From Hydrolagus affinis (Eukaryota): a DNA stretch of 63,568 nucleotides. The notes beneath the pieces were generated by a model. It was not told the origin of the DNA. It made no database searches and saw only the letters and a program-made list of their open reading frames with translations. Location: contig JAAILG010001658.1 in NCBI GenBank assembly GCA_012026655.1, positions 1 through 63,568 of the forward strand. The letters are read 5' to 3'. Shown piece after piece: positions 39,557 through 52,134 of the stretch (its first letter is position 1; each line of letters opens with the position of its first letter). The translations under genes were made by a program, and so were the position numbers.

Positions 39557-39883
39557 GGACATCAGACAGGCACCTCTCTGGTTGTATGGCCTGCTTCGCA
39601 CTCACTCTCTTGACTTGCACAAGAACAAAACCTATAGTTGGGGAGCTGGGACTGTGGAGCAGTAAGTAAGCATGGGTCATCACCTTCAACAAACAGAAAA
39701 CAATTCGATACAACAATTTATCTCAGCATTCACCCGGCATAAACCCTTAGCTCTCACTGCCTCATCACTTCAGTGATGACTGCCTGGAATCATTATTGCT
39801 GAGCTGCCACACCACACCAAATAAACCCTAAAATATGACTTCATTGAATTTTCACAATATACCTCAAACGATGACCAACTTTA

Positions 39884-40192
39884 TAATAATAATAATCCAT
39901 GTATTTCATATAGCGCTTTTCACATCTTCTATAAGTCTCAAAGTGCTTCACAGGATGTACTGTAAAGTGAATTGACTGCATATTTTGTGGGTGAAACGCG
40001 GCAGGGAATTGCGCACAGCAGTGTCCCACAAACAATCGTGGATTGAAATGACCAATTTTTTTTTTAAGGATTATTATCAGGCGTGTGGAGTAAGGAAACT
40101 TGCTCAAGATGTCGCCTGCACCCGCCTGGATTCAAACACAGGACTCGCACTTGTAAGATGAGTGCTCTAACCACCGAGCTACAGAACTCTAC
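39884..40192 (-). mobile_element. SINE family A, full length
   Basis: Head, core and tail all present. Confidence 0.92.
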
Positions 40193-41282
40193 CGTACATC
40201 TGTCAACACATTGCCTCTGCTGTTTGACTGCCAGCCACCAATTGAACAAGAACAATTGTTGAAGAATTACGCAGCACATAGTCATGACTTTGGGACTGCC
40301 ATTTAAATGGACAAGCGTGGAATGCACAGATCTGCATTAGGTTCACCACTGCTGCCTTTACCTGACCTTGGAAAGTTAACCAAGGTCCAAAATGCAAACT
40401 GCCTTCCAGGCACTTTCTCCTGTTTGCTTGACCAAAAGCAGATTTGTGAAAGTGAAAGCAGAGGCCTGGAGATGTTCAGTAGCAGATGAAACGATACATC
40501 CTAAAATCTAATAAAGATGTAAAGGTTTTTATATTTTTTATCGTCAGCAGATGAGGGATGGGAATGCTTTAATGGGGAATATGTTTCCAGCACAGCACCC
40601 ACCGAGTGGGGTAGAAAAGGTTCAGACACAAATGCTGAACCCCTGAGCAATCTCTTTCTAATATGTCAGAAAAACTGTCCATCTGACACTCTGTACATAG
40701 AAGTTGAGGTGTCACTTTAACTTACAATCCTTTGCATCTAGAGACTAGAGACTTTTAGCACTTTGGTATCTGGGCTAGAAAACAAACTCAAACTCCAGCA
40801 CAGGTTCACCAATGGTGCAGTTCATGTACAATCTTTATCAGGACAGTGGGCGAATCTCTGGCGATAGAGCAATAGTGTTTCATTTTGTTGGCTTTGGTCT
40901 TGTGATGGAGAAATTCTGGGCTCTCACTTTGAGAATACTATAATAAGACTTCTAGGCTTTTATGTAAAGGACCTTGTACATACCAGAATTGGGTACCAGT
41001 CGCCCTGTGGCAGGACTCAGTCATTTTTCATTGGTCTCGTTGCTTCAGGGAGGGAAGCTTTGTACTGTATTCCCATTAGGACAGGTTCAAACGCTACAAG
41101 AAGCTTCATCTAGCCTTCAGAGATAACCTCTGAATGGGAATCCTACTCCTCACTCTCAGAGCTCTGGAATATAGTGAACTGGAGCGATTCTATACAGGCA
41201 ACAGCACAAGTCATGGGGACACAGGAGTGTGATGAAAGTCGTTGAAAACTTGGGAACTTCTCGGCCTGTATATTCCTTAGTT

Positions 41283-41356
41283 CAAAGCGCTCTGAGACGC
41301 CGTCCGGGATGGAGGGCGCTATATAAATCAAAGTTGTTGTTATTGTTGTTGTTGTT
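41283..41356 (+). mobile_element. Tail C L2-type 3' end
   Basis: caaagcgctctgagacgccgtccgggatggagggcgctatataaatcaaa(gtt)n. Confidence 0.7.
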
Positions 41357-41385
41357 AGTTCTACACTGATTAATGCCCAATATTA

Positions 41386-41713
41386 ATAATAATCCTTGAA
41401 TTTGATACAGCGCTTTTCACGTCTTCTAGACGTCTCAAAGCGCTTTGCAGAATGTACTGTAAAGTGAATTGAATTGTATATATTTGTGGGCGAAACGCGG
41501 CAGCCAATTGTACACAGCAGCGTCCCCCCACAAACAGTCGTGGGTTGAAACGACCAATTTTATTATTGTGGTTCTTTTGGAGGGATTATTATGAGGCGTG
41601 TGTGTGGAGCAAAGCAAACTTGCCCAAGGTTTTGCCCTGACCTGCTTGGATTCGAACACAGATCTCACGCTTGTAAGGCGAGTGCTCTAACCACCGAGCT
41701 ACAAGAGCTCCAC
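41386..41713 (-). mobile_element. SINE family A, full length with apparent 7-bp TSD
   Basis: Complete element. AATATTA occurs at 41379-41385 and 41714-41720. Confidence 0.93.
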
Positions 41714-42144
41714 AATATTAGGAGTGCTGGATGGGAGAGGCTGCAAGGTGCCCCTATTCCAAATGAAAGTAAACATCCTATAGATCCTAATTTTGTCCAG
41801 AGAGAGATAAAAGTTCATTCATATATACATTTAATAAACATTAACTGGGCTGATGGTGTCTGACCTTAGACACAAGTACCATCTATGTCTGACATTATGT
41901 CAGCCTATCTGATAGAGCAGGCTGTGAGCAAGTTAGAGGAGACACATTATTATAATCCTTGCATTATAATTATAATTATGGACTTTACCATTTGACAACT
42001 GGTGTAGAAGAGAAACGTGAACAGCTAAGAATATAATCTAGAGGCCTCTGATAGAAGTGGTTTCAAACCACAGATGACATGAGGCAAGAGAAAAAGCTAA
42101 TGGAGATCTTTTTTGCTCTTTCATTCAGCGGAGATTTATCATAA

Positions 42145-42245
42145 CAATAATAATTCTTGCATTTGATATAGCACTTTTCACATCTTCTTAGACATCTCAA
42201 AGCGCTTCACCGAATATACTGTAAAGCGAATTGACTGTATATTTG
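42145..42245 (-). mobile_element. SINE family A tail
   Basis: aataataattcttgcatttgatatagcacttttcacatcttcttagacatctcaaagcgcttcac. Confidence 0.85.
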
Positions 42246-42559
42246 AGCCACAGGTGCCTCATACAGACAGACTACAAAACAGAAACATCAAGATAAAGGT
42301 GTTATAGAGAGTTTTCGATAAACAGGAACTGGCAGGACATGGCACCTTCACTGAGCTGGAAGTGAAAATATCAATACACGCATTGAAAATACGCACACTG
42401 CTCTGTCTCTCTAATACATGTTTGTTTGTGCATACTCACACAGCAAGCCCTCCCCGCTTCTTTCCCCCCTATAACACAGACACCTTAAACGTACTTGAAC
42501 ACAGCTGCACGGAAATATAATTACACACCTCCACGTACAAATACTTGCCTACTCTCAAA

Positions 42560-42652
42560 TACCAAACGCACACAACTACACTCACTCACACACATGCATG
42601 CGTGCACACACATACACACACACAGACACATATCCGCACAGACAGACACAAA
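42560..42652. repeat. Degenerate (CA)n microsatellite
   Basis: CA-rich tract. Confidence 0.8.
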
Positions 42653-44586
42653 CAGGCTGATATGAACTTGATCCTCTTTTATCTGATGCTTCTTTTCTTT
42701 CTTCAGATAGATGACGATTCTCTTGAGAGTCTGCAAAGTTCTCCCTTAACAGCTGCACGGGCTTTTTTTTCTCCTCCCCCGCCCCCCTTCCTTCTTTTCA
42801 GCAGTTCTCTCACTTTAGACAACACGCTTCATTACATCGCCTCTTACTTGAGCTGCAAGGGCCCATTCAAGGAAGATAAGCCTCTTAGAATTGAAGTAGC
42901 ATTGAGTTTAAGTTCTGACTGACAGCAGGAAGGTTTATCCATTCAGTGGACAATACTGCATTCTCTACATTAATCTAGGAGGCGCACAATGATCTGTTTT
43001 TGGGCCACAACGCATCTCTTTCCCACAGCAGAAGGTGATTAGAGTTAGGAAACAGGGAGTGAGAAAGAAAACTCCGAGGCTATCTCCTCGGTCCTCCTGT
43101 TTCCTCTATGTCTTTTTTTTCGGGAAGTTCTAGGCCAAATGCATCAATCACAGATTCACAATCAGGAATTGGATGGTTCAATAGTCACTGACTGACACAT
43201 TGACAGGTGCTGGGGGTTGTGGGGGTGGAAGGGGAAGAAATTGACAGGGTCCTGAGTAGAGCATTGTTATCTAGATTGCTGACCATCATGGGGTGCCTGG
43301 AAGCAAGCAATTGGCGGCTGCCTTAGTTGTGATGCCAGTCGGATGCTTTAGGTAAATGCTCAGAGGGTGTCCGATGTAGTCAGGGTGGGAAATGTCACTT
43401 TCCACAAATCACTGCAGTTAATTCTTTCTGGGGTTTATAGTTCACGGACGCCACGCTGTGTTAACAGTTAAAACATCTCCTGATTGGTGATCAGGGAGTG
43501 AAACTGGGGGTGGGGGGGAGGGGCACAAATCCCAATGTAATTGTAGAGGGTTGATGTGTTCGTGAGCCAATCCATGGCTCTTAATCCTCAATCATTCTTC
43601 ACATTTCTGTAGAGAGGCTTCAGGTATGTGCAGAACCGGTCAATGTATTTTCTGCAACAATAATCTGAGGTGTTTTGCTTGTGTAGGGTGAAGTGAACAA
43701 AACCTCTGTCACCTGGGCCAATATGTGAGACTCTGAAAGTCAGTGAGGTGCAGAGCCAAAGGGAAGCAAAACCAGATGGAAAAGATTCATCCCAAGGAAA
43801 TGAAAACAAAGCATGTGTCACTGCAAGAGCTACTCAGTCTGAGCTGACAATATGTTCAATATATACACTTAAAACAAGGTAGTCTGGTCCCTGTTCCTGT
43901 TGAAGGTCCCTGTTCCTCTCTGTCCTCCCATATCTTAAACAGGAACCACCCTATATAAAAAAAACTTTGAACCCTCATCTCCCAACGATCAGATCAAACC
44001 TGTGCACAGCAGTGTCCCACAAACAGTCATGGATTGAGTGACCAAATTGTAATTACATTTTTTTTAATATTTAGAGGGAATCTTCCCAGTCGAAAACTTA
44101 CTTGTACACTTTATGAAAGTATATAAAAATTACATACAGTACATACTGTAGAGCTTGAATGCAGCAAATCAAATTATTAATTGAAAAGCAACTCTATACA
44201 GCTACCTATGCAATTTCTCTTATAATTAAATTGCTTCCTCTTGTACGTATGTTTTATAAACCTGTGTATATATTATATATAAATAACATTGATACTCACT
44301 CCATTATTTTCTTGTTGTACTTTATAAAGATTGGATATATACTCTTCATATCATATGTTTTCTTTTATAAGTAAAAACGTAACTTCTTCAGAAAAATCAG
44401 TGGGGGCGATGTGTGCTCTGTAACTGAGCTGAGCTCGAAGGAACATTGAACACATGTTCAGAGGTTGATCAGATCATTTGATGATCTCTTGGTTAGAGAG
44501 AATCACCTGGACAGAGGAGAGGTTTACATGTATAATTAGCAAAAAGAGTATTGTCTGGGGAAGGAATCTTCTGGAGGTAAAGAAGT

Positions 44587-44638
44587 CAACAACAACAAAA
44601 TTACACTTGTATAGCGCCTTTCACGTCAGGAGGATGTC
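44587..44638 (-). mobile_element. L2-type 3' tail
   Basis: caacaacaacaaaattacacttgtatagcgcctttcacgtcaggaggatgtc. Confidence 0.8.
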
Positions 44639-44760
44639 AGGAGGTAATACAAGAGATAATGAATGAGAAAATCAGGTATAAAAAAAACTTTCCCCCATTT
44701 GCAATTTCTATATCACGACTATCCAAGGAAGAAACACCAACTGTCCAAAAATATTAATGT

Positions 44761-45091
44761 TAATAATAATAATCCTTGCATTTGATATCGCGCTTTTCAC
44801 ATCTTCTAGACTGTGTCTCAAAGCGCTTCACAGAATATACTGTAAAGTGAATTACCTGTATATTTGTGGGCGGAACGCGGCAGCCAATTGCGCACAGCAG
44901 CGTCCCCCACAAACAGCCATGTGGATTCAAAGTACCAATTTAACATAGTTTTTCCTTTGAGGGATTATTATTAGGAGTATGTGTGTGGAGTAAGGAAACT
45001 TGCCCAAAGTTTCACCCCGACCTGCCTGGATTCGAACACAGTTCTCACGCTTGTAAATGGGGGTGCTGTAACCACTGAGCTACAGGAGCTC
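44761..45091 (-). mobile_element. SINE family A, full length
   Basis: Head, core and tail all present. Confidence 0.92.
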
Positions 45092-45439
45092 TGTGATTGT
45101 CTCCCTGATCACAAGAAAAAAACAGGCAAGCCTTCGGAATATAACATTTGCAACCACACTGACAGCTCTGACCACTTATTTGTCACAGGACATGAGCAGC
45201 AGTCCCTGTTGTCGGAGCCAATATGGGTGACTCTTGCAGTACACCATGAACCATTCTGCTCTATGGAGCCAACAAACATCTGGATCTTTGGCCTCATAAG
45301 CCTCAGCCCTGTTCCTAAGCAGTCTGTTTTTAAAAGGAGCTAATCTTTTGCTTGGCGTATCTGTCACACAACCAATACCCTGTGGTAAAACTTTCTCATT
45401 TCTGATCCAACTTCATGCTTGTTAATTCTGCAACTCGTG

Positions 45440-45700
45440 CTCTTCAGCTCTAAAGTTGCAGTCCAGCTTATATAACTTGCCTTAGCGTCCCATCATTTTA
45501 AAGACCTGGTTCGTGTGCCCACTCACACTGTGGTTTTTCCAATGAAAACAAAGTTCAGTTCTTTCAATCGCTCTTCACAACTTGGAATCATCCCTGCCAC
45601 CTGACTCAGAACTTTCTCCTGTGCATCAATACCCCTTTTGAATGTTGATTTATGTACAAAATTGCGAAGGAGTGGCCTCGCAAGGGCTGTTTTTTCTGTT
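45440..45700 (-). mobile_element. CR1 LINE ORF2 fragment
   Basis: Translates TALARPLLRNFVH..KRGIDAQEKV..MIPSCEERLKELN, matching CR1 ALVRPHLEYCVQ..KDIxxLExVQ..SYEERLKELN. Confidence 0.75.
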
Positions 45701-45827
45701 ACACTTACTTTCTGTTCAGAAAGTGTTCTTTCTGTCTGTGGCACCAGCAGCGGAGGCAATAGTATGGGAATCTAGGGCTACTGTGAGACCTGGAGGATGT
45801 CACATTCAACAACAACTTACATTTATA

Positions 45828-46161
45828 TAATAATAATAATCCTTGCATTTGATGTAGCGCTTTTCACATCTTATCGACATCTCAAAGCGTTTCACAGAAT
45901 ATACTGTAAAGTGAATTGACTGTATATTTGTGGGGGAATCGCGGCAGCCAATTGCACACAGCAGTGTCCACACAAACAGCCGTGGATTGAAAATGACCAA
46001 TTTTTATTATTGTTTTTTTGGGGGGGATGGATTATTATTAGTAGGTGTGTGTGTGGAGTGAGGAAACTTGCCCAAGGTTTCACCCTGACCTGCCTGGATT
46101 CGAACACAAGTCTCATGCTTGTAAGGCGAATGCTCTAATCACTGAGCTACAGGAGCTCCAC
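45828..46161 (-). mobile_element. SINE family A, full length, inserted into an L2-type tail
   Basis: The flanks caacaacaacttacatttata | ttatagtgctc rejoin as an L2-type tail, with TTATA duplicated. Confidence 0.92.
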
Positions 46162-47460
46162 TTATAGTGCTCTTCAAGCAGGACAGAGTCTCAGAGTGCT
46201 TCCTACAGAAAGGGGGCTATTTTACAAATTAGTACCGAGCTGCTTCTGCAGGTAGTACAAAGCGAACTTTACTTTCCAACTGACCTAGCTAACCTAACCA
46301 GGAGTGCTCAGTGCCAACTCTGGGTATTGTTGGGTTCTGAGATGCAACGCCAAGTGAATCCCACTTTATAAATGCAAGTTGTTGTTGTTGTTAAATGACC
46401 AGAATAGAAAACACTCAAATCCATCCACTTCAAAGAGCACAAACTTTCACCTCTACCCCCTTAGAAAAATATCATCTTGCTTTCCTTTTTTATATATATA
46501 AGGTACTGTATATATCGGGAAATGATCCAAACAATTCTTGAATGAATTCCAACGAAGGCAAGATTTGAATGTAGATTGCACTATGCTTGCAACTTCTCAG
46601 TTAACCGAACCAAAGAACCCACAGCTTCAGTAAGTATGATAAGTAACCAGCCTTTGGATTCTGTTTACCACATGTTTAACAAAAACACCCACAAAAAATA
46701 TTTACCAGAGCACTGTCTTTAGCTCTGGTACATTAACGTTGCCGGATCAAGGGTGTCATATAAATTTTACTGGAGGACAATTAATTGCAGCAATGAGTTG
46801 AACGCCAAGCCTGATCAGTCCTCATACCAATGAATGGGATTCTTGTCTTTTCCCCTCGAATACTGGGTGGGATACGAACTGGCACAGTAACTGTGAAGAG
46901 GGCGGATGTCTCGCTAAATTGATCTTGCTAAAACCACAGAACAACTGGGGAAATTTGTGCTGCTTCACCAAAGGGCATTTGGAGAATTTCTGCAGTTGAG
47001 TTGCATGCTTCAGCAACCCTGGGTCACCAACTAATGGTGAACTCTGTGTATCAGGCAGCTCACTGACACTTCCCCGAGAAGTGCTGCTGTGTTATAACTC
47101 CTCTCTCGTTCTCTTCTCTCCGCAGTAAAACGTTGACCTCTTAGGTGGGCAGGAAGTGGCTGAAGGAGCCAAGGCTCTCTGGCACTTAACTGTGCGTTCG
47201 ACAACATGTTTAAACCGGCTGCAATCAGATCTGGCTGAGTTACTTTGTGTGCCCGTCGCTTATATTTGTACAATACCATTCGGAATTTAGTTCGTCACCA
47301 ACAAGACAGTTTCTCTTTGCTCTCTTCACAGTACTGTACTTGTACCAGAACATGGAAAGAGCAGACAATCTGATGCCTTTCCATCTTGATCTTGTTTGTC
47401 CGTCTGGGAGGTGAGCTGGTTATTTCAGTACTGAAGTGTGACGGGGTGGTGGGGCCACTA

Positions 47461-47540
47461 GGAGGGTGGGTGCGGGTGGGGGGGGTGGGGAAGGGGTGGG
47501 GGGTGGGGAAGGGGTGGGGGGTGGGGGGGCGCGGGGGTGC
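47461..47540 (+). repeat. G-rich tandem tract (potential G-quadruplex)
   Basis: Repeated GGGGTGGGGAAGGGGTGGGG units. Confidence 0.8.
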
Positions 47541-48026
47541 AGTTTACAGGGGCAGGAGGCAGATTAGCCTGTGTGGTGTTCTGTAGACACTAAAGGTTTT
47601 CATTTCAGCTCCTTAATGAGGCTGAGCTTTGACCTAGACTGATGAGTTCCATACCTGAGCTGGTGTGCATTTTCCAAAACATCTGACACCAGTTTTACAT
47701 CTGACATGGATGTGACTAATGAAACCGAGGTACAAAATAATGGCTTGCAATTGTGAATTATTCGTATGAACCCAAAACCCTGTTAAATAGGCCTGTTTTC
47801 CCTCATTTGACATCCAGAATACCAATAATAAATATCAGCTGCTTTACAAACAAAAATAAATTATCATTAGGTGGATTAATCTGTTTCAAACCCCCTGTAT
47901 ATTGCTTATTTGATGTGAGCTGAGCAATATGTATGTTTTGTGAATTTATCTCTGTAGTGACTTAACTGAATGCAATTCTTAATATCTAATTTCATGCATT
48001 TTTAATGCATCATTTATGCTGTTAAA

Positions 48027-48126
48027 NNNNNNNNNNNNNNNNNNNNNNNNNNNNNNNNNNNNNNNNNNNNNNNNNNNNNNNNNNNNNNNNNNNNNNNNNN
48101 NNNNNNNNNNNNNNNNNNNNNNNNNN
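48027..48126. other. Assembly gap (100 N)
   Basis: Exactly 100 Ns, the usual placeholder for a gap of unknown size. Confidence 0.99.
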
Positions 48127-48144
48127 GGGTAAACTCTATGAGTA

Positions 48145-48320
48145 GTTAAATTTCACATCCAAAAGACAACACTTCCCAGAATACAGCGCACCCCATTGCC
48201 ACGTTGAGAGTGGAGTGTCAGTCTAAACTATGAGCTCACTCCCCCCAAAGTTGGGGCTACAATCCCACAACCTTTTTGATCCAGAGGTGAGAGCGCTGCT
48301 ACCAACCGAGCCAAGCAGAT
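48145..48320 (-). mobile_element. Old DeuSINE head fragment
   Basis: gagtgtcagtctaaactatg...agaggtgagagcgctgctaccaaccgagcc parallels 180-270. Confidence 0.7.
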
Positions 48321-51300
48321 TCTGAAACAATGTTCGCAATGCTGCTGGCATCGATCTCTGTCAGTACCCTCACAGTGGGGGCTTTACATGGGGCTGTACA
48401 GGGGCTCTATGGCCTGAGCTTTATTCTGTCTGCTTCAGCGTTACATTTCTTTTTGTGTACGGTTGGTGGGGGGCTGGGGGGGTGGGGGGGGAGTCAATTA
48501 TCAGTGGAGGGAGAGAATACGCAACAGTACAGATCGAACAAAGAATGCTTTATTTTTAGACGCTGATAAGTTCAGCATGTGCTCAGAATGTTGACAAGCC
48601 GAGAGAAGAAGGGTTAACCGTGAAGGTGACACCAGACTGCCGTGCCGACAGAGTAAGAAATAAGATTACAGTAGTTTTTGTTACATTATAATCAGCCTTG
48701 CATTAGATGGGGGCCTTAAACCAACAGGCCTCGGGGCGCTTTTTCCTGTTTAAAATGGTGCCACATTGTACTGATGGCACTTGGCTCTAACATAGCTGAA
48801 CGAATTCACTCAGTCATTCAGACTCTGTACTGTCATGGACATGTCGGCGTGAGCCTCGGAGTCTCATACATTAAAACATCTCGGATAAAAAAAATTCCTT
48901 ATGTATATATATGTGTATATATCATCACTTTCTTCAGCTGCGTCTCGTTGGTTTTGTTATTTCCTCTCCAAACCGGTCCTCTCGACTTTGCATGTCTTCC
49001 TCGTAAGTTTTTCTACTCTTTTTTACTTTGTCGGTAACTAACGGACATCGGTATAGCTCTGCCTGGATTATTCGGCAGGTAGCTTGTGACATCAACCACA
49101 GAAACCTTGCCATTGTGAGGCTACACTAACGCGAGCAGAGGAGTTCATTGAGTGACCTCCGATAGCCCTCACACGATCTCCTCCACTTTTCACTCTACAT
49201 CACACCCCAGTCATGTTATGAACTTAGAAGTGCTGATCACAGCAATTGTTTATAACCTGGGTTTGGGATTTTATGGATCCCAACAAACATGCTTTACAGT
49301 GCAATACAATTGATATTAATCTACAGCATGGGATATAGCTGGGTTCCTCCATATTTTGCTCTTCCAAATGTTCCTGCCAAACTCTTAATTTTTCAGCCCT
49401 GCCATCTCTTCCTCCTCCCTGCTTCCCCATCGTGTTCAAATTAAACTCATTGCTCTGTCTCATGTTCTAACCCCTTCTTTCCCAGGGTTTTCGAGTCTGT
49501 AGAACTCCCTCGCCCTCCCTTCCTGTCACGTTTTACAGGCTTTTAAAAACCAAACTTGATGTTACCTGATCGCCACTTTCAGTCATTGGTGATTTATCTA
49601 GTCTGCTCTCCTAGATTTTCCAAGCTTGAGAGTGTCCTGTACTGTAGGTCATGGCTTTTCCGGAAGGCTTCTCAATAAAAAACTTTCCAAGGAATTATTC
49701 CCCCCCTCCCCCTTTTCACTTCTTTCTCCTCGTCTCTCTCCCTCTCCCCTGTTAACACTGTTTCATGAGCAACATCTCCTCTCCTCCCCTGGGCCCTGTC
49801 TCAGTACTCTTCTTACCTGTCCGCACTACTCCAGATCTGGAGGTCTGCAGTTTCAAAGGAGGGTCCCAAGTCTGCTGTTTTAAACATTCTTTAAATTTCC
49901 CTTGACAGATTTGTCTCCTCATGCCCCCCCTCCCACCTCCCCCCACCCCACCACCCCCACCACCCCCACCACCTCCTAAGGCATTGGATGGTCTTGGTTT
50001 GTTTTACAATTCCACTGTCACTTTGGGACTCTAAAACACTAGACCCTGTTCTCACACGAGGCATCCACCAGCTATCAAGCCTCTAATTGCCTATCTGCGA
50101 TCTTTCGCCCCCAAATAATGCCCTCTCCACAACTGTGTTTGGCCAGCTTTTAGCCAGTAACTAATGTTTAATCCGGCACAAGCGTGTAAAGGTTCCATTA
50201 AGGCTCTGCTCGCCTAATAGCCACTGCTCCTCCGTGATGGCTAACACATTCAACATACTTAGGGAACAAGGAGCACATTATAGCACCAGTCTGCCGATCC
50301 TTTGCTGAACATGGGCAGCTTTTTATCATTTCACCCACTTTTTTTTTCAACAAATGGATCCTGAACATGTCCAGAGCATCCCTTTCCAAGCCCGATCTTC
50401 CCACCTAATCAGTGCACGATGAGAAGCAAAGCACAATTGTGATGTCTCTTTTGAAAAAAAAAGGTCGATTCATGTCTGATGTTATTTCATATACTCAGGA
50501 AGGTCTGGGAGTCGCTAATGTGCAGCTAATTTACCATGATGCATTAAGTCTATGCTGCTCATCAATCATAATTAAAGCTGTTTGTTATTTCATTAAAGGA
50601 TCTCGAGATGCCCTTTCAAAGTTAAATGACCCTCCCCACACAAATAATTATATAAAGATCTGGTTTCTTTAAACCTCTCAATAACATTGTTTACAGAATA
50701 AGAAGGTTCCAATTGTATTATTGCACCAATATTTACTGCTGGGAGTGAAGATTCTCCCAGCGGGATAAAAGCAGTTGTGTTTAACTTCATACAATAAAAT
50801 TTAACGGTCCCAATGAAGGTTAAATTATTTAAACATTTGCAGCGCTTGTCATGAACGTTTACTTGCTCTTGTGCCATTTGATGGGTTTCTTTCATGACGT
50901 TTCCTCGGTTATTTAATTACAAATCTCCGTTTAAAAAAAAATGAATTATAAACTGGGTTAGAGTGTTGTGCAGGATGTATATGCCCTGTTGTGCAACATT
51001 ACTTGACAGAATAGAACAGCAAGCAAGCTTGGTGACAACAACATCTTGCATGCCTGGAGCAAACTAACTTACGATTAAAATAGCACACAGAATACGGAGG
51101 ACAGACACCTACAAGAGGAGGGGGATTTCGATCGTTCGGAATTGTTAACGTGGAGTTGCACAAATAACATCTCGGAGGAGCGAAGATGAGATCTCAGCGA
51201 CTCCAAATAAAAGTAACACTGAACTCGCGGGAAGTTGTACCTTAGAATCAGAGCCTTAGCTTGACCGAGCCCACAGTGTGCGCTCTCTGGAGCTCTCATT

Positions 51301-51612
51301 TCTACACGCACTCAACCATTCTCTCTTTAAGAAACATGCTCAACTGGCTCTAGTTAGTGACTTTCATTTGCTTTGTCTTGAAACAAGCTCAGTTTTGCCT
51401 CAAGCCTAGATGATTCGTGTCTCAGTTGTGTCTCCATCTACAGATATGTTTTCTGTGCACGTTCTCTTCGGGACATTGCTGTTCACAAATTGGCTGCCAT
51501 GACTATATAAATCCGAGACACTTGCCCTCACAGGAGCTAACTGTGAATCGCTGTAAGATTTTTCAATATTATAGATGCTCTATCAAAAGCTAGGGTGACT
51601 ATTTATTATTAC

Positions 51613-51899
51613 GTGGGGTCCTGTAGCTCAGTGGTTAGAGCACTCGCCTTACAAGCGAGAAACCTGAGTTCAATTCCAGGAAGGTCAGGGTGAAATCTTG
51701 GGCAAGTTTCCTTACTGCACATGCCTAATAATAATCCCTCCAAAAAATCAGTAATAATTTGGTCATTCAATCAACGACGACAGCAGTGCGCAATTGGCTG
51801 CTGCGTTTCACCCACAAATTCACTTTACAGTATATTCTGACGTCCAGAAGACGTGAAAAGCGCTATATCCAATGCAAGGATTATTATTTATTATTATTA
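51613..51899 (+). mobile_element. SINE family A, head to tail with internal deletions
   Basis: Intact tRNA-like head, two deletions in the core, intact tail. Sits directly after an older DeuSINE tail (51465-51610). Confidence 0.92.
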
Positions 51900-52134
51900 G
51901 TAGTACTACCTGCACAAGCAAATATTGAGGTCAATTGTTGGTTTAAATGACTGTTATATAGTAAGGTCTATCTATCACTTATGTGCCAAAACATAGCGAC
52001 TATTTTTGCTTGCCTTTACAAAGGGATTGATACTTCAACGGTCATTGTATAAAAGAATAAACTAACGAGTTAATGGCATTATGCCCCTGGAAGTCTTTCA
52101 GTTGGAAATGGGCGCAGCACATTGTGAATAGGTG

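Noticed and set aside
39770-39806. C-box (GTGATGA) and D-box (CTGA) with a short terminal stem
   Set aside because: About 36 nt, too short for a C/D snoRNA.
41769-41780. gtaaacatccta (miR-30-like)
   Set aside because: The match breaks after 12 nt and there is no star arm.
42708-42922. Strong acceptor followed by IDDDSLESLQSSP..
   Set aside because: It runs into low-complexity T/C tracts, with no convincing donor or homology.
8147-46116. Recurrent peptides such as IQSIHFTVYSVKRFEM in many ORFs, suggesting a gene family or array
   Set aside because: All are translations of the SINE family A core and tail.
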